Position numbers and translations under genes: made by a program. The notes below the pieces were generated by a model. That model ran no database searches. It was not told the origin of the DNA and saw nothing but the letters and a program-made list of their open reading frames with translations. From Blepharisma stoltei ATCC 30299 (taxonomy: Eukaryota; Protista; Ciliophora), in assembly GCA_965603825.1 (NCBI GenBank), contig CBFDEM010000032.1, forward strand, positions 310,001 through 374,000: a stretch of DNA of 64,000 nt, in the 5' to 3' direction. Position 1 is the first letter of the stretch. Each line of letters opens with the position of its first letter. Shown one piece after another: positions 9,011-19,833 of this stretch.

Positions 9011-12000
9011 ATGGCAGCTTTAGATGAAATATCAGACTTAATTCCTAAATGCCCTCATGATAGCCTTTTTGATCTTCTTATAATATCAGCAAAATTCTCA
9101 ATCACTCAATCAAAAGCTATTCTTCTTGCAGGCTATGCATTAGAGCACAATCCGAACGTAAAGGCATTAAAGAAATATTTAAAATACCTCGGCCTGCTTG
9201 ATTCTCTTCAGATTAAAGGTCTCCCTCAAATGCTATCCGAAGAAGTTTTAGATGATTTTATGATAAAATACTATGAAAACTTAAAATCTCTATATGACTC
9301 TGAGATCCCAGTCAATTGCAAGGAAAGAATTGAATCCTGTGTGTCGAAATTTATTTCACATAATATCTCAGACATCATGACGGAATTTTCTAAGAGTCTG
9401 CTAGAGAAAAAGCATTATAAAGGCAGAAGAATCAACCATTTGAAAGGCTGAATCAAAGGAAAATTCATTGATTTCGAAACTGGAAAATGCATTCTGAATG
9501 TGATAGAAAGTAATTATTTAAAAAACAGAAAAGGATCTATGAAATATGAAAGTTTTCATTTATTGAATATTCAGCTGGCTACTACGGCACTGAAATGCCA
9601 ACCAACGTTACTTTCCGAAAGCAATGAAATAATTTCAAAAATTTTCGAAAATGTGCTAGTCATAGCTAAAAAATATATTATAAAAAAGCATGGGACTGAA
9701 CAAATATTTTTAGCATCTTTGGAGTTTGTGTTCGCTTGCTTGAGCAGCCCAATGATAGGAGAGATTGGACTTAAGAACATCAAATTGGCAAGCACTATCA
9801 ACGATCCATTTGGAAAAATGCAACCCTTGGAAAATTATTTTTGGTATTTTTTTAACTGTGCTCATAGCACATTATCCAGGCCTTCACTGGCTGCAAAAAT
9901 AGCTTGCTTAGCGAAAGAATACCTTTCTGCATATTTAATACAGAATAGCCAGTATATTTTTAAATCTTTAGAAACAATTCAAAAGAATATTAACGAATCA
10001 TCTGAGTCTCTTGAAATAGGAGAGTCATTAACGAATATGATGCAAGAAATCTTAGAAAAGTACTTTAAAAAAAATTATGGTTGGTCTGAGAGTTCTTTAA
10101 TTTTAGGGTTTTTGCAAGAGCACATAATTCCTCATCTAGACATCAAGCAAAACCTTGACACTTTAGTAAAACTGTTAGCATTAATTCAAGATAACGAGCT
10201 ATCAAATACAATAATAAACCAAATATTTTCGATTTCACATCAATTTCCACATGATCATATTATTAAAGTTTTTGCCTCTTTATCTTCATGTCTTCAGGAA
10301 TCAAGTCAAGTCCTCAGCATTATTCAGTTTTTCTTAACGATATACCAGCACGAAAGCATTGAGCTTATTCTGACAGAAATTATTCAGGACCTTCAAGAAA
10401 TAGCTTTAAAATTCCCTAATTTAGTGTTCAACTCCACCTTAAACGTAGTCGTTGATTTTTTGTTACTCTTTGAAAAGCAGGTATGAATCAAACCTCCTGG
10501 GGTCGAACCATTCGAAACTCTAAATCAAGGACTTTTATTGCTGCAAGTACTGAAAGCTTGTGTGATAAATGAAAAAATTAGCCAAGAAAACCTTGAAGTT
10601 GGCAAGCTAAGGGAATTTTGGTGTCTTATATATCATATCCAGCTGAATTATAGTCCTAAAAAAACATCCCTATCAAAAATTGAGACAAATGAAGCGTTAA
10701 AAAGCATTGCAATGGTTACACCAATAATTATTGAAGGAAGCCACAAAGAAGCAGTCGTTCCAGCTAGCTTGATATATCTATTTGACTCTAGAAGCAATAC
10801 TGCTAAAGAAAGCTATGAAAACCTCAGAGACCAAGTCATAGATGTTATTGGTAACAAAAAACAATTTTTATCTAAAATTCTCAATAAGCTGGACTATGGC
10901 AATTTATTGATAGTTTTTGTGATTTATAAGTTAGTTGATATCAGGGCAACTGAAGAAAGCATTTACGAAATCTGCTTTGAGTACCTCAACAAAGAAGAAA
11001 TTTTGGGAGAAGCCACAAATGATCTGCTGATTGTTATGCTGAGGCTTACAATAGAAGCCTGTTTTGAAAACTCAATCAAGCAAAAAGGATCAATTGATAA
11101 AGAAAGATGGGTTGCAAAAGAAGTGATTTCGCTTTTGAAAAATTCGACATCTCCAAATAATCTTATAAGAGAATTGTCCCAGCAGCTTCTTTTTAATATT
11201 GTTCCTATGAGTGTAAATCGGCTTGAAATTTCCTCTTGCTATGCTCATTTATTTCCATATATAGTAGAGTTTGATAAAGTACTAGAAACTGCTTTAGATT
11301 TATTAGGATGTACCCACAATGAAATTTTAAAAGCGTTTACATCGGTTTCTCCAAGCATAACGCTACCTCACTCTTCTACTATTCTTATACTGCCAACTTC
11401 CCAGACAGCTCGCCAGCAAATTTTTGAGTATTTATGCTCCTTTATAGGAGATTCTTTAGGAAAATCATTTTTGATGGGCTCTCAAGGTGTAATTTCTGCC
11501 TTCGCTAACTATAACCACACATCTGGAATGATGATTAAAAATAGCACGAAATTATCAGAAAATCAATATCTCTCTTCAATCTTCGGTTTTTCGATTCTTT
11601 TTGTTAACCACCACTACTACTCCTACAAGCTGTTTCCAAAATGCCCTCTCCCTTTCCTCTCATTATATGAGGATCCTTTGATGTTCCACAACTGGTACAA
11701 AGACCACTGTATGGAAATCAATAAGCCAATTGAGTTCATAAAATCTTCAAAAGCAGGAACTCCTCGATCTCACGACTTGGTAATTGATGATTCTCAGCTA
11801 ATCCAAATGCAAGTTAATTTCCTATCGCTTGCAGATTCATTAATAGCTACTGACCCTGATGCAATTAAAAAAGCTTATGAGAGAGTTATATTATTTAAAG
11901 AAAATGGGGCACCAAAAGAGGAAAATGGAGACACAGCGCTGCTTTCATTGACTGATTTATTAGGCCAGCTTGCAGCAATCATTGTGATTAAAGGCAAAAA

Positions 12001-14698
12001 TAAAGGCTCAGAAAGCTATTTGCATGCTTTTATTAATAAGCATTTGGAAGAAATGAGTGTCATCTCCTCAACTGGATGTGTTTATTGCTCTGAGTGGCTA
12101 TCTTATGCAATGCCGAACCTAAAGCCAATGCTTTTTGAAGAAATTGCCAATTTTTGGAAGAAAACATTGTCGAAAGGAGGAATTGTCTCTTCCTCATCAT
12201 CTTTAATCCCCCATGTAAAGAGTCCGTTTTTCTCCTCAATTTTTGCAAACCAGCTCGATGTGAAACTAGGGAACTTAAATGAAACAAGTGATCCGCACTC
12301 ATTCAGCTATGAACAATTGTTAGAAGTCCAAAAATGCTGGATCGATTATGTGTCAAGGAATTATTTCCCTGTGCTTTTTCGATATCAAGACCTAGCTGTA
12401 TATCTAGTAAGGATAATATATGATACGATTTCAGTCCCAGTCAACACAGAAGCTCTAAAAAGTGCAATTGGGACAAAACTTATCCTCGATCTTTTTGACT
12501 TGGCCATCAAAATCAGCAATAACTTGCCAAGCACAGTATCATTTACCAATAAATTAGCTCTGCAGCATAAAGCCTTGAATTTTTTGATTTCAGCGTTTGC
12601 AGCCCCGATGGTTTGGCTCAGTGTTTCAGATTCAGTGTTTCTCTCAGAGCTCATGTCTTCATTTACCAATGCAATTTCTGTATTTATTATATAGGTCATC
12701 AATAAAATTGAAATTGAAAATGCCCTTTTTGACGAAGAATTGTCCAATAAAAGGCTTTTCCCAAACTTAAGCTTCAAAAAGCTAATACAAAGAGAAAGGC
12801 TTGATTTGGTGGCAAGAGCCGAAACTATTAATGTGTTTTTATCGTTTAAAGAATGCAATATGTTTGAAAAAATAGAGTTAGCATCTTTATTGGTCAAGCG
12901 GCAATATGAAATGCTCATTGTTTGGAATATTCCATTAAAGGCCAAATCTTACCTTCCATCATTGTAATTTTTATTTAGCACTAAGCCGATTCATATGTCA
13001 AGACTTCTTCACACAGCCTGACTTATAAGCGAAAATGTTGCCAAAAACTACTATAAATCATTACGTGGAAAAATTTCAACCAAAAAAATGGGTAATTTGA
13101 CTCAAGATTTGGCACTTTTAGATGTAAAAAGCGCTGAAACTGAAGATGAGTGCCTATATTTATTTGCTGAATGCAAAGAATTACCCCTATTAATACCTCA
13201 TTTGAGTAGCGCCTCACCTTGCGCTCGTGCTTATGCAGTTAAACATTTCTTAAGGAGTTCTGAAAGAGCCCAACTGTATTTTATGCAGCAAATTATTGAG
13301 GCAGGAAATCCTAGATCTTATTGGGAAACTTATTCAAGGGTTGATGGACATGAAGATACATGGACACTTCTACTTCAAGCAGTTGCCAAGTCTACTGTAG
13401 TTATGAACCAATTAGAATGGCTTCTAAGAGTTTCTATATTTAAACCTGTTGAAAGCTCCAAAAAGAAAAAAGTTGAAGAAGATTTTTTCCCTGAGAGAAC
13501 TACAGCAATGGCGTTTCATTCAATAATCATGAAAGACCTGGAGCTTGATACAGAAAAGTGGACTGTCTTTAGAGAAGAACAAGATTTTTTTATGAGATTT
13601 TCTATGATTTCTGCGTCATTGACTCCTGGGGATTCCCAAAATATTTCTAAAATCAGAGAAGGGCTGACAGAATTGGCAGGAGATGGCTATGATGTGCCTC
13701 CAGGAATTTACCTGCCCACAGACCCAAGTCGGAAAGTAGTAGGGATTAGAGTCGACAATGGAATTCCTTTGCAAAGTGCTAAGCGAACACCAATTTTAGT
13801 CACTTTTATTACAGCTGATGATGCGAATTCAAAATTCGAAAGACAACAATCTTCAGCATCCCAATTGAGCAACTATACCAAAAAGCAGTCAACAAAGAAT
13901 ATTCAGTGTATATTTAAGGTGAATGATGATGTTAGAAACGATCAACTTTGTCTGCAGGTTATTGATTTAATGAGAGAAATATTTAGGATCGAAAATTTAC
14001 CTATTTATTTGAGGCCTTATAAAGTAATTAGCACAATAACTAAATTCCAAGACCAAGACCAGCTAGGAGGAATTTTAGAATGTATCCCTAATTGTAAATC
14101 TAGGGATGAAATAGGTAAAGAAGGCACCCAATCGCTTTATGCTTTCTACTTAGAAAAATTCGGAAATGAGTCATCCGAAACCTTCAATGCAGCCAGAAAA
14201 AGTTTCATAGAAAGTATGGCGGGATACGCAATAGCTTGCTATATTCTTCAAATAAAAGACAGACACAATGGAAATATCTTATTTGATGAATACGGTCATA
14301 TACTTCATATAGATTTCGGGTTTATCCTCAGTATAAGCCCCGGTGGTAACATGAGATTTGAGCGGCCTGGCTTTAAGTTGACCAAAGAAATGATTGATAT
14401 CATGGGCAACGAAAATTCTGAAGCTTTCGATTATTTCAGAGAACTTGTAATCAAAGGCTACTTAGCAGTCAGATCGCATGCTAATAGCTTTATCGCGCTA
14501 ATAAAAGCAATGGAGTATTCAGGGCTCACTTGTTATAGGAAAAACGCTGTGGCTGGGTTCATTAAGAGGTTTTATTTGGGTGTTAACTACGCCACAGTAG
14601 TCAATAAAATGCAGCAAAAAATTGCCAGAGCCAACAACTCGTTCTTCACAATTTGGTATGACAGAATCCAATTGATGCAGCAACAGATAGAATATTAA
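9011..14698 (+). CDS. PI4KA: Phosphatidylinositol 4-kinase alpha (Stt4-type), 3 exons
   Basis: Five track ORFs join in one frame via TGA=Trp at 9449, 10484 and 13019 and 15-nt introns 12680-12694 and 12964-12978. Kinase motifs GIPLQSAKRTP, IFKVNDDVRNDQL, QIKDRHNGNI, HIDFGF, SPGGNMRFE. Confidence 0.92.
12680..12694 (+). other. 15-nt spliceosomal intron (PI4KA)
   Basis: gtatttattAtatag; removal deletes an in-frame TAG and keeps the frame. Confidence 0.9.
12964..12978 (+). other. 15-nt spliceosomal intron (PI4KA)
   Basis: gtaatttttAtttag; removes an in-frame TAA. Confidence 0.9.
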
Positions 14699-14718
14699 AA
14701 TAATAGCCAGTAATAAAT

Positions 14719-15564
14719 ATGAGTAAAAGGGAGAAAAAGATTGAAAGCGATGAATGTTGATTCAAATTGTGGCAGCTGACTGAAGAATACCCAGTTGTGC
14801 TGATATGCAATTGCTTTTTGGTCGGAAATACTGTACTGAGCCAACTAAGAAGCAAAATCAGAGGCAAAGGAGTCATGCTGTTTGGGAAGAACACCTTGAT
14901 CAGGGCCGGGCTAAAAAAGAAGCTCGAAATTTTAAATATAAACTCTTCATGCAAAGGTGCAAAGCAGACAGCAAATGACTGGCAAAGAAAAAACCTGGAA
15001 GTGCTTATAAGAAACTTACAAGGAAAAGTTTGCATGATTTTTTGCAAAGAAGAATTTTTAGAAGTTATTGAGATAGTTAATAAAATAACTGTACAAAGAC
15101 CTGCAAGGCTCGGAGAAATTGCTCCAGCCGACGTCTATACAGTTCCTGGGCCAACGGATCTTGACCCAACAAAAACCTGCTATTTTGCAGTTTATAACAT
15201 TGCTACGAAAATCAGCAAAGGAAAAATTGAAATAGTCAATAAAGCGCATATTATAAAGAAAGGTCAAGCGATTCAAGAAAATGACAAAAACATGCTTGAG
15301 CATATAGGAATCCATCCTTTCACCTCAAAACTTGAAATTTCACATGTAGTTGATCATGGGAAGCTCTTGAGTTCGAGCGTTATTACAATGGACAAATCTT
15401 TACTTATTCAAAAATTCTGTGAGGGTGCTAAAACAATCACAGCTTTATCTTTAGAAATTGGATTCCCAATTCCTAATTCAATTCCATTATCCATTTCCAA
15501 GGGCGTGAATTTTCTGTCAAATCTTGCGTCACTCTCAAATTATTCTTTAAAAAAGACTCATTAA
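14719..15564 (+). CDS. RPLP0: Divergent 60S acidic ribosomal protein P0 (uL10) paralog lacking the acidic C-terminal tail
   Basis: ATG 14719, TGA=Trp at 14758. Motifs GKNTLIR, GPTDLDPTKTCYF, TKISKGKIEI, LSLEIGFPIPNSIP; ends SLKKTH-TAA. Confidence 0.8.
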
Positions 15565-15609
15565 AATAACTTTAAACGCTTTTAGCCTATATTTTAATTA
15601 GAGACTAAA

Positions 15610-16047
15610 TTAATTAGTATTCAAAGCTGCATCCCAATCAGATAAACACAAAGGTCCTTTATTTGCAACATCCATCCTACAGGCATTCTTTTTGACATTT
15701 CCTTGCAGATCTATGAGAACCAGGGAGGGAATAGTTTGCCCTCTATATCTTTCGATCAAAGTGGTTCTAATTTCAACTGCTTCATAAGGAATTGTGAGCC
15801 ATGGCATTTCGTCATAATATTCGTTGAACTTCTCAATCGTACGATCTTGGCTGACGAAAACAACTTCAACCTTCTTTTCATCAAAGTTGACTGAATCATA
15901 AAACATAGCAAGCTTAGGTGTAAATTCTCTGCACGGTGGACAATAACTCGCAGAGAAATACAAAAGAACATACTTTGCCTCATTTAGTGGTGTCATACCA
16001 ACGCTCCCGCTTTTTCCAATCAACACAGATCCTAATAATTGCTCCAT
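15610..16047 (-). CDS. Nucleoredoxin/tryparedoxin-like thioredoxin-fold protein (copy 1, YCPPC)
   Basis: LYFSASYCPPCREFTP, EVVFVSQD, MPWLTIPY, IPSLVLI. Confidence 0.92.
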   Translation of the reverse strand: MEQLLGSVLIGKSGSVGMTPLNEAKYVLLYFSASYCPPCREFTPKLAMFYDSVNFDEKKVEVVFVSQDRTIEKFNEYYDEMPWLTIPYEAVEIRTTLIERYRGQTIPSLVLIDLQGNVKKNACRMDVANKGPLCLSDWDAALNTN

Positions 16048-16490
16048 TTATAAAGCAAGTTGCATCAATATAAGAACAGAATTTCTATAGAGATCTTTTT
16101 TCTCCAAAGCATAATTTTTTAAAAAGTGTTTTTAATCTTATGTTGAAATTTTGATAAATTTACCTTTTAATTGAGCAAATTTACAAAATGTAAATTGTTT
16201 TAATAAATTTATAATCTTCTATTGGAAAAAAATTATTTTTAAAGAAATAATAATTTCTATGCAAATCATTAGAGTCCTAATCAAATTCGCAAAAATTAAA
16301 AATAATCAATTTAATAGCTTTTGCCCCAATTAAGATGCTGAGTGTCTTGCTCCTCACATCTATCAAGCTGCTCTCTATATGAAATAGGCCACGCTGTCTA
16401 TTTCAAATGTCATCACTTTCAATTAAATACCGAAAAATTGCTATGCTATTTAAACAATTAATCAGAAGAAATAATATGCTTAGTCAGTTT

Positions 16491-16925
16491 TTAAGAGTTG
16501 AGTGCTGCGTCCCAGTCGGCCAAACATAAAGGTCCTTTATTAGTAACATCCATTCTGCATGCGTCTTTCTTCACTACTCCTTCATGATTAATCAGCATTA
16601 ACGAAGGGATCCCTTGAACTCTGAATCTTTGAGCTAATTCATTCCTTGTTGCAGATTCCGAGTAAGGTACAGCAAGCCAAGGCATTTCGTCATAATATTC
16701 AGCAAACTGCTCAGGGGTACGGTCTCCGCTGACGTACACAATTTCGACTTGCTTGTGCGCTGAATTGACAGAGTCGTAAAAAAGCCCAAGCTTCGGAGTG
16801 AAGCCTCTACATGGTGGACACCAATGTGCTGAAAAATAAAGCAGCAAATATTTTGCGTCTCTAAGGCAGGAGGTTGGCTGGTTGCCATTTTTCCCCAAAA
16901 GGACAGGTCCTAAAATCGCTTCCAT
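16491..16925 (-). CDS. Nucleoredoxin/tryparedoxin-like thioredoxin-fold protein (copy 2, WCPPC)
   Basis: LYFSAHWCPPCRGFTP, MPWLAVPY, VQGIPSL; tandem paralog of 15610-16047. Confidence 0.93.
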   Translation of the reverse strand: MEAILGPVLLGKNGNQPTSCLRDAKYLLLYFSAHWCPPCRGFTPKLGLFYDSVNSAHKQVEIVYVSGDRTPEQFAEYYDEMPWLAVPYSESATRNELAQRFRVQGIPSLMLINHEGVVKKDACRMDVTNKGPLCLADWDAALNS

Positions 16926-16941
16926 TATTTTTATTATTTAA

Positions 16942-17604
16942 TTATACCTTAACAGTAAGGATGGTGAGTTTTTGATTCGGAGCTCCGAGCTGAATTATTG
17001 GGAAAAGTGGCCCCGAGTCAGTTTCGTGCTGGTAAATTTTTCGCATGTTTTTGAAAAAGTTGATTTGACTTTGTGAAGGGTCATATTCAATTTTGACATG
17101 GTCGTCCTGATTAATTTTCCATTGTTCAGCGTTATATGAAAATGTACCATATTGAGAATGTGTAAACCCTGTGCCTTCATAGGTCCAAACGTTTAAGTTG
17201 CAAGAAGAATCGAATTTCACATTTGGAAGATTTTTTTTATCAGCTAAAATAATGCCGCCAACTATTGTAAATTCAGAATTTTCACCTGTAACTTGGAGCT
17301 CGATGGAAAGTTTTTTCTGTAAAGGGGAAATAAAAATTAAAGTAGATCATGATGAATGATTAGAAGGGGTTGAAATAGCAGAGCCATTACAAGTTACTGA
17401 TGCTGGAATTGTGAAGTACTTTCTAAGATCAAGATTTGGAGATGGAGATTGCTGAGTTGGGTCTGGAAGATTTGCAACAGATATGAATTCACGAGGCGGG
17501 GCAGAGTTTGAAGGATTAGCCTGAGGATTTACTTTTTGGCTTGGCTGAGATCTGACAATTACAGAACTTGCAGTATTGACTTGAGATTTAGCAGAGCATC
17601 CCAT
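16942..17604 (-). CDS. N-acylated protein with C-terminal SPRY/B30.2-like beta domain
   Basis: ORFs 17347-17604 and 16942-17220 are one frame through TGA 17347-17349. Starts MGCSAKS; beta-rich C-terminus DDHVKIEYDPSQSQINFFKN...LFPIIQL. Confidence 0.65.
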
Positions 17605-17743
17605 AATTCTTAAATTTATTAGTCAAGCTGTATATAATTATAAACTAACAAAAATTATTTGCCCAATTAAATCACGGAATAATAAGTTCTTTTCCTTTAC
17701 CAATTTACTAAAAAATTGTAAATTCAAATAAAATTTAATTTAA

Positions 17744-18034
17744 ATGGTTTCAAGGCCTGACTTTGACTGGAAGAATGTTCCCTTCTTCCCAATAAAGTTG
17801 ACATTACACGGAACAAGCGCAAGCTTTCACCCCGAAACAGGAGAATGGCAAACTATAGAAATCCAAAGCAGCGAAGATTCACCTGAACTAAAAAGGATCC
17901 AAGAAGATTTGAATACTTTAAAAATAAAAAGCGATATTGTGCTAGACATGATAACTGCAAGGGAGCTCGACTTAGGAGAAGCAAGCAAGTTAAAATCTGA
18001 ACTAGAAGATTTAGTATCAAAAGGAGAGGCTTAA
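17744..18034 (+). CDS. CBY1: Chibby-family basal body/transition-zone protein
   Basis: IKLTLHGTSASFHPETGEW followed by coiled coil NTLKIKSDIVLDMIT, matching the Chibby beta-hairpin-W plus LxLKxDILLDML pattern. Confidence 0.7.
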   Translation: MVSRPDFDWKNVPFFPIKLTLHGTSASFHPETGEWQTIEIQSSEDSPELKRIQEDLNTLKIKSDIVLDMITARELDLGEASKLKSELEDLVSKGEA

Positions 18035-18465
18035 TTAATTGATTTTTATTTGTTTTAAAGTAAGATTCTACTAGTAGCTTAAATTACTCTAAGAGATTGA
18101 TAAAGCAAGCTTGAGCATTATATTTTGAAATTGAAATAAGCATTGAAGTTTCAGAAAATATAAATTGTTATGAGCAAAAAATATAGAGATTAGGAATAAA
18201 AAAGAGAAGAAAATATATATGCCACTTTTGTGTTCTATCGAAATATACATGAAAACTGCTTTAGAAGTAAGCTAAACTCTTATAAATAATTTATCTTTTG
18301 TTGTTTTTTTTTATATGTATAATAATTCAACAAAATTAAAGCCTGGAGGAACCTTATGCTTAAAAAAAAAAAATCAAAATATTTCTACTTTAATTATAAA
18401 TGTTGTTTAATGGGATTTATTTCTTATATTTTATATTATCTCCTATTTTCTTAACCAATAATAAA

Positions 18466-18759
18466 ATGTCTGAAAGTGTCAACCCTTTGTCTCCTGAAGA
18501 AGTAGCTCAGTTCAATGAAACTTTAGCAACTTTCAATAATACTAAAGACTTGTCTCATGCAGAAGCGCTCTTTCACCTGCTTGATAGGAATAGAAATGGA
18601 CTTTTGAGCAGAGAAGAAATTAGAATTGTTATGAATCAAGTTTCAGCGCATGGGTTTAGTGATGGAGAGGCCCAAAGATTTGTTGAAACTTTCGATAAAA
18701 ACGGTGATGGGCAAATCGATCTTAGAGAATTTGTCGAGTTTTTAAGAACTAAAATTTAA
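18466..18759 (+). CDS. Small two-EF-hand calcium-binding protein (copy 1)
   Basis: EF loops DRNRNGLLSREE and DKNGDGQIDLREF; ATG 18466 in aaaATG context. Confidence 0.88.
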   Translation: MSESVNPLSPEEVAQFNETLATFNNTKDLSHAEALFHLLDRNRNGLLSREEIRIVMNQVSAHGFSDGEAQRFVETFDKNGDGQIDLREFVEFLRTKI

Positions 18760-19338
18760 TACCTTTAAGGAAGTAAATTATAGTAAATATAGATGCTTAT
18801 TTAGATTAAGTACAAAATAAAGTCATTATAGATTACAATAATCATTTTTATAAAATTTTAAAGACTTAGAGTTGGACATTAATTATCATTAACTCAACCT
18901 TCTTCATATTTTTTATGAGTTTTTATTCATAATTTACTTTTAATCTTTTTTTAAGCCTTAGCTTATCGATTATAGTGAATTTCCTCAAGATAAGCTTTAA
19001 TATCAGTTACATATTTTAGTTTGAAAATCCATTAACTTTTTTTATAAACTATTTTGATCAAAATATAATAATTTTTAACGCAGTAATTTTTCGCATCTTT
19101 TAAGATGGTTTCAATTTTTGCTATTTTATATTATCTAGCAAACATGAACAGCAAGTCATTTGAGAAAGATTTATAATGACTGATAAAATTCTTCGTGTGA
19201 AAATTTCAAATGAAATTCATTAATTTAAGGAGTTGCAAAATCTAAAACAATAAAACTGATACCTTGACTTCTCTTTTCGTATAATAATTTGATTCTCTTT
19301 TGCTATTAAATTTATGTATTCTTCTTACTACCAATAAA

Positions 19339-19635
19339 ATGTCTGAAGAAGTGACTCCTCTCACACCTCAAGAAATTGTTGAGTTTAATGAAGCTTTATT
19401 AACCTATTTAACTCATCACGACTCATCTAGATTAGAAGAACTCTTTAGATTATTTGATAGAAACCATAATGGATCACTTAGTGAGTTAGAAATCAAAACT
19501 GTGATGGAGCAAGTGTCTGGGCATGGATTTAGTGATCAACAAGTCCACGATATGATCAGGGCAGCAGATAAAAACAGTGATGGAAGCATTGATATTCGAG
19601 AATTTATAAATGTTATGAAGCATCTCACAGATTAA
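19339..19635 (+). CDS. Small two-EF-hand calcium-binding protein (copy 2)
   Basis: EF loops DRNHNGSLSELE and DKNSDGSIDIREF; tandem paralog sharing MSE...QVSxHGFSD. Confidence 0.88.
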   Translation: MSEEVTPLTPQEIVEFNEALLTYLTHHDSSRLEELFRLFDRNHNGSLSELEIKTVMEQVSGHGFSDQQVHDMIRAADKNSDGSIDIREFINVMKHLTD

Positions 19636-19833
19636 GCTTAATTCATAATAAAGGTAAAATCCTTGAAAATGGTAAAATTTTGCTCTTATTATCTAAAATT
19701 TTGTTTTGGTTTATTAACTTTATGATTTTTAGATTTTTGTTAGAAATAGAAGTGGATTACTATAGACTAAGTTATATTAAACTAGACTATGAAAATAATA
19801 AAATTATAATTGTTTACCTATTAATTAGTTATA

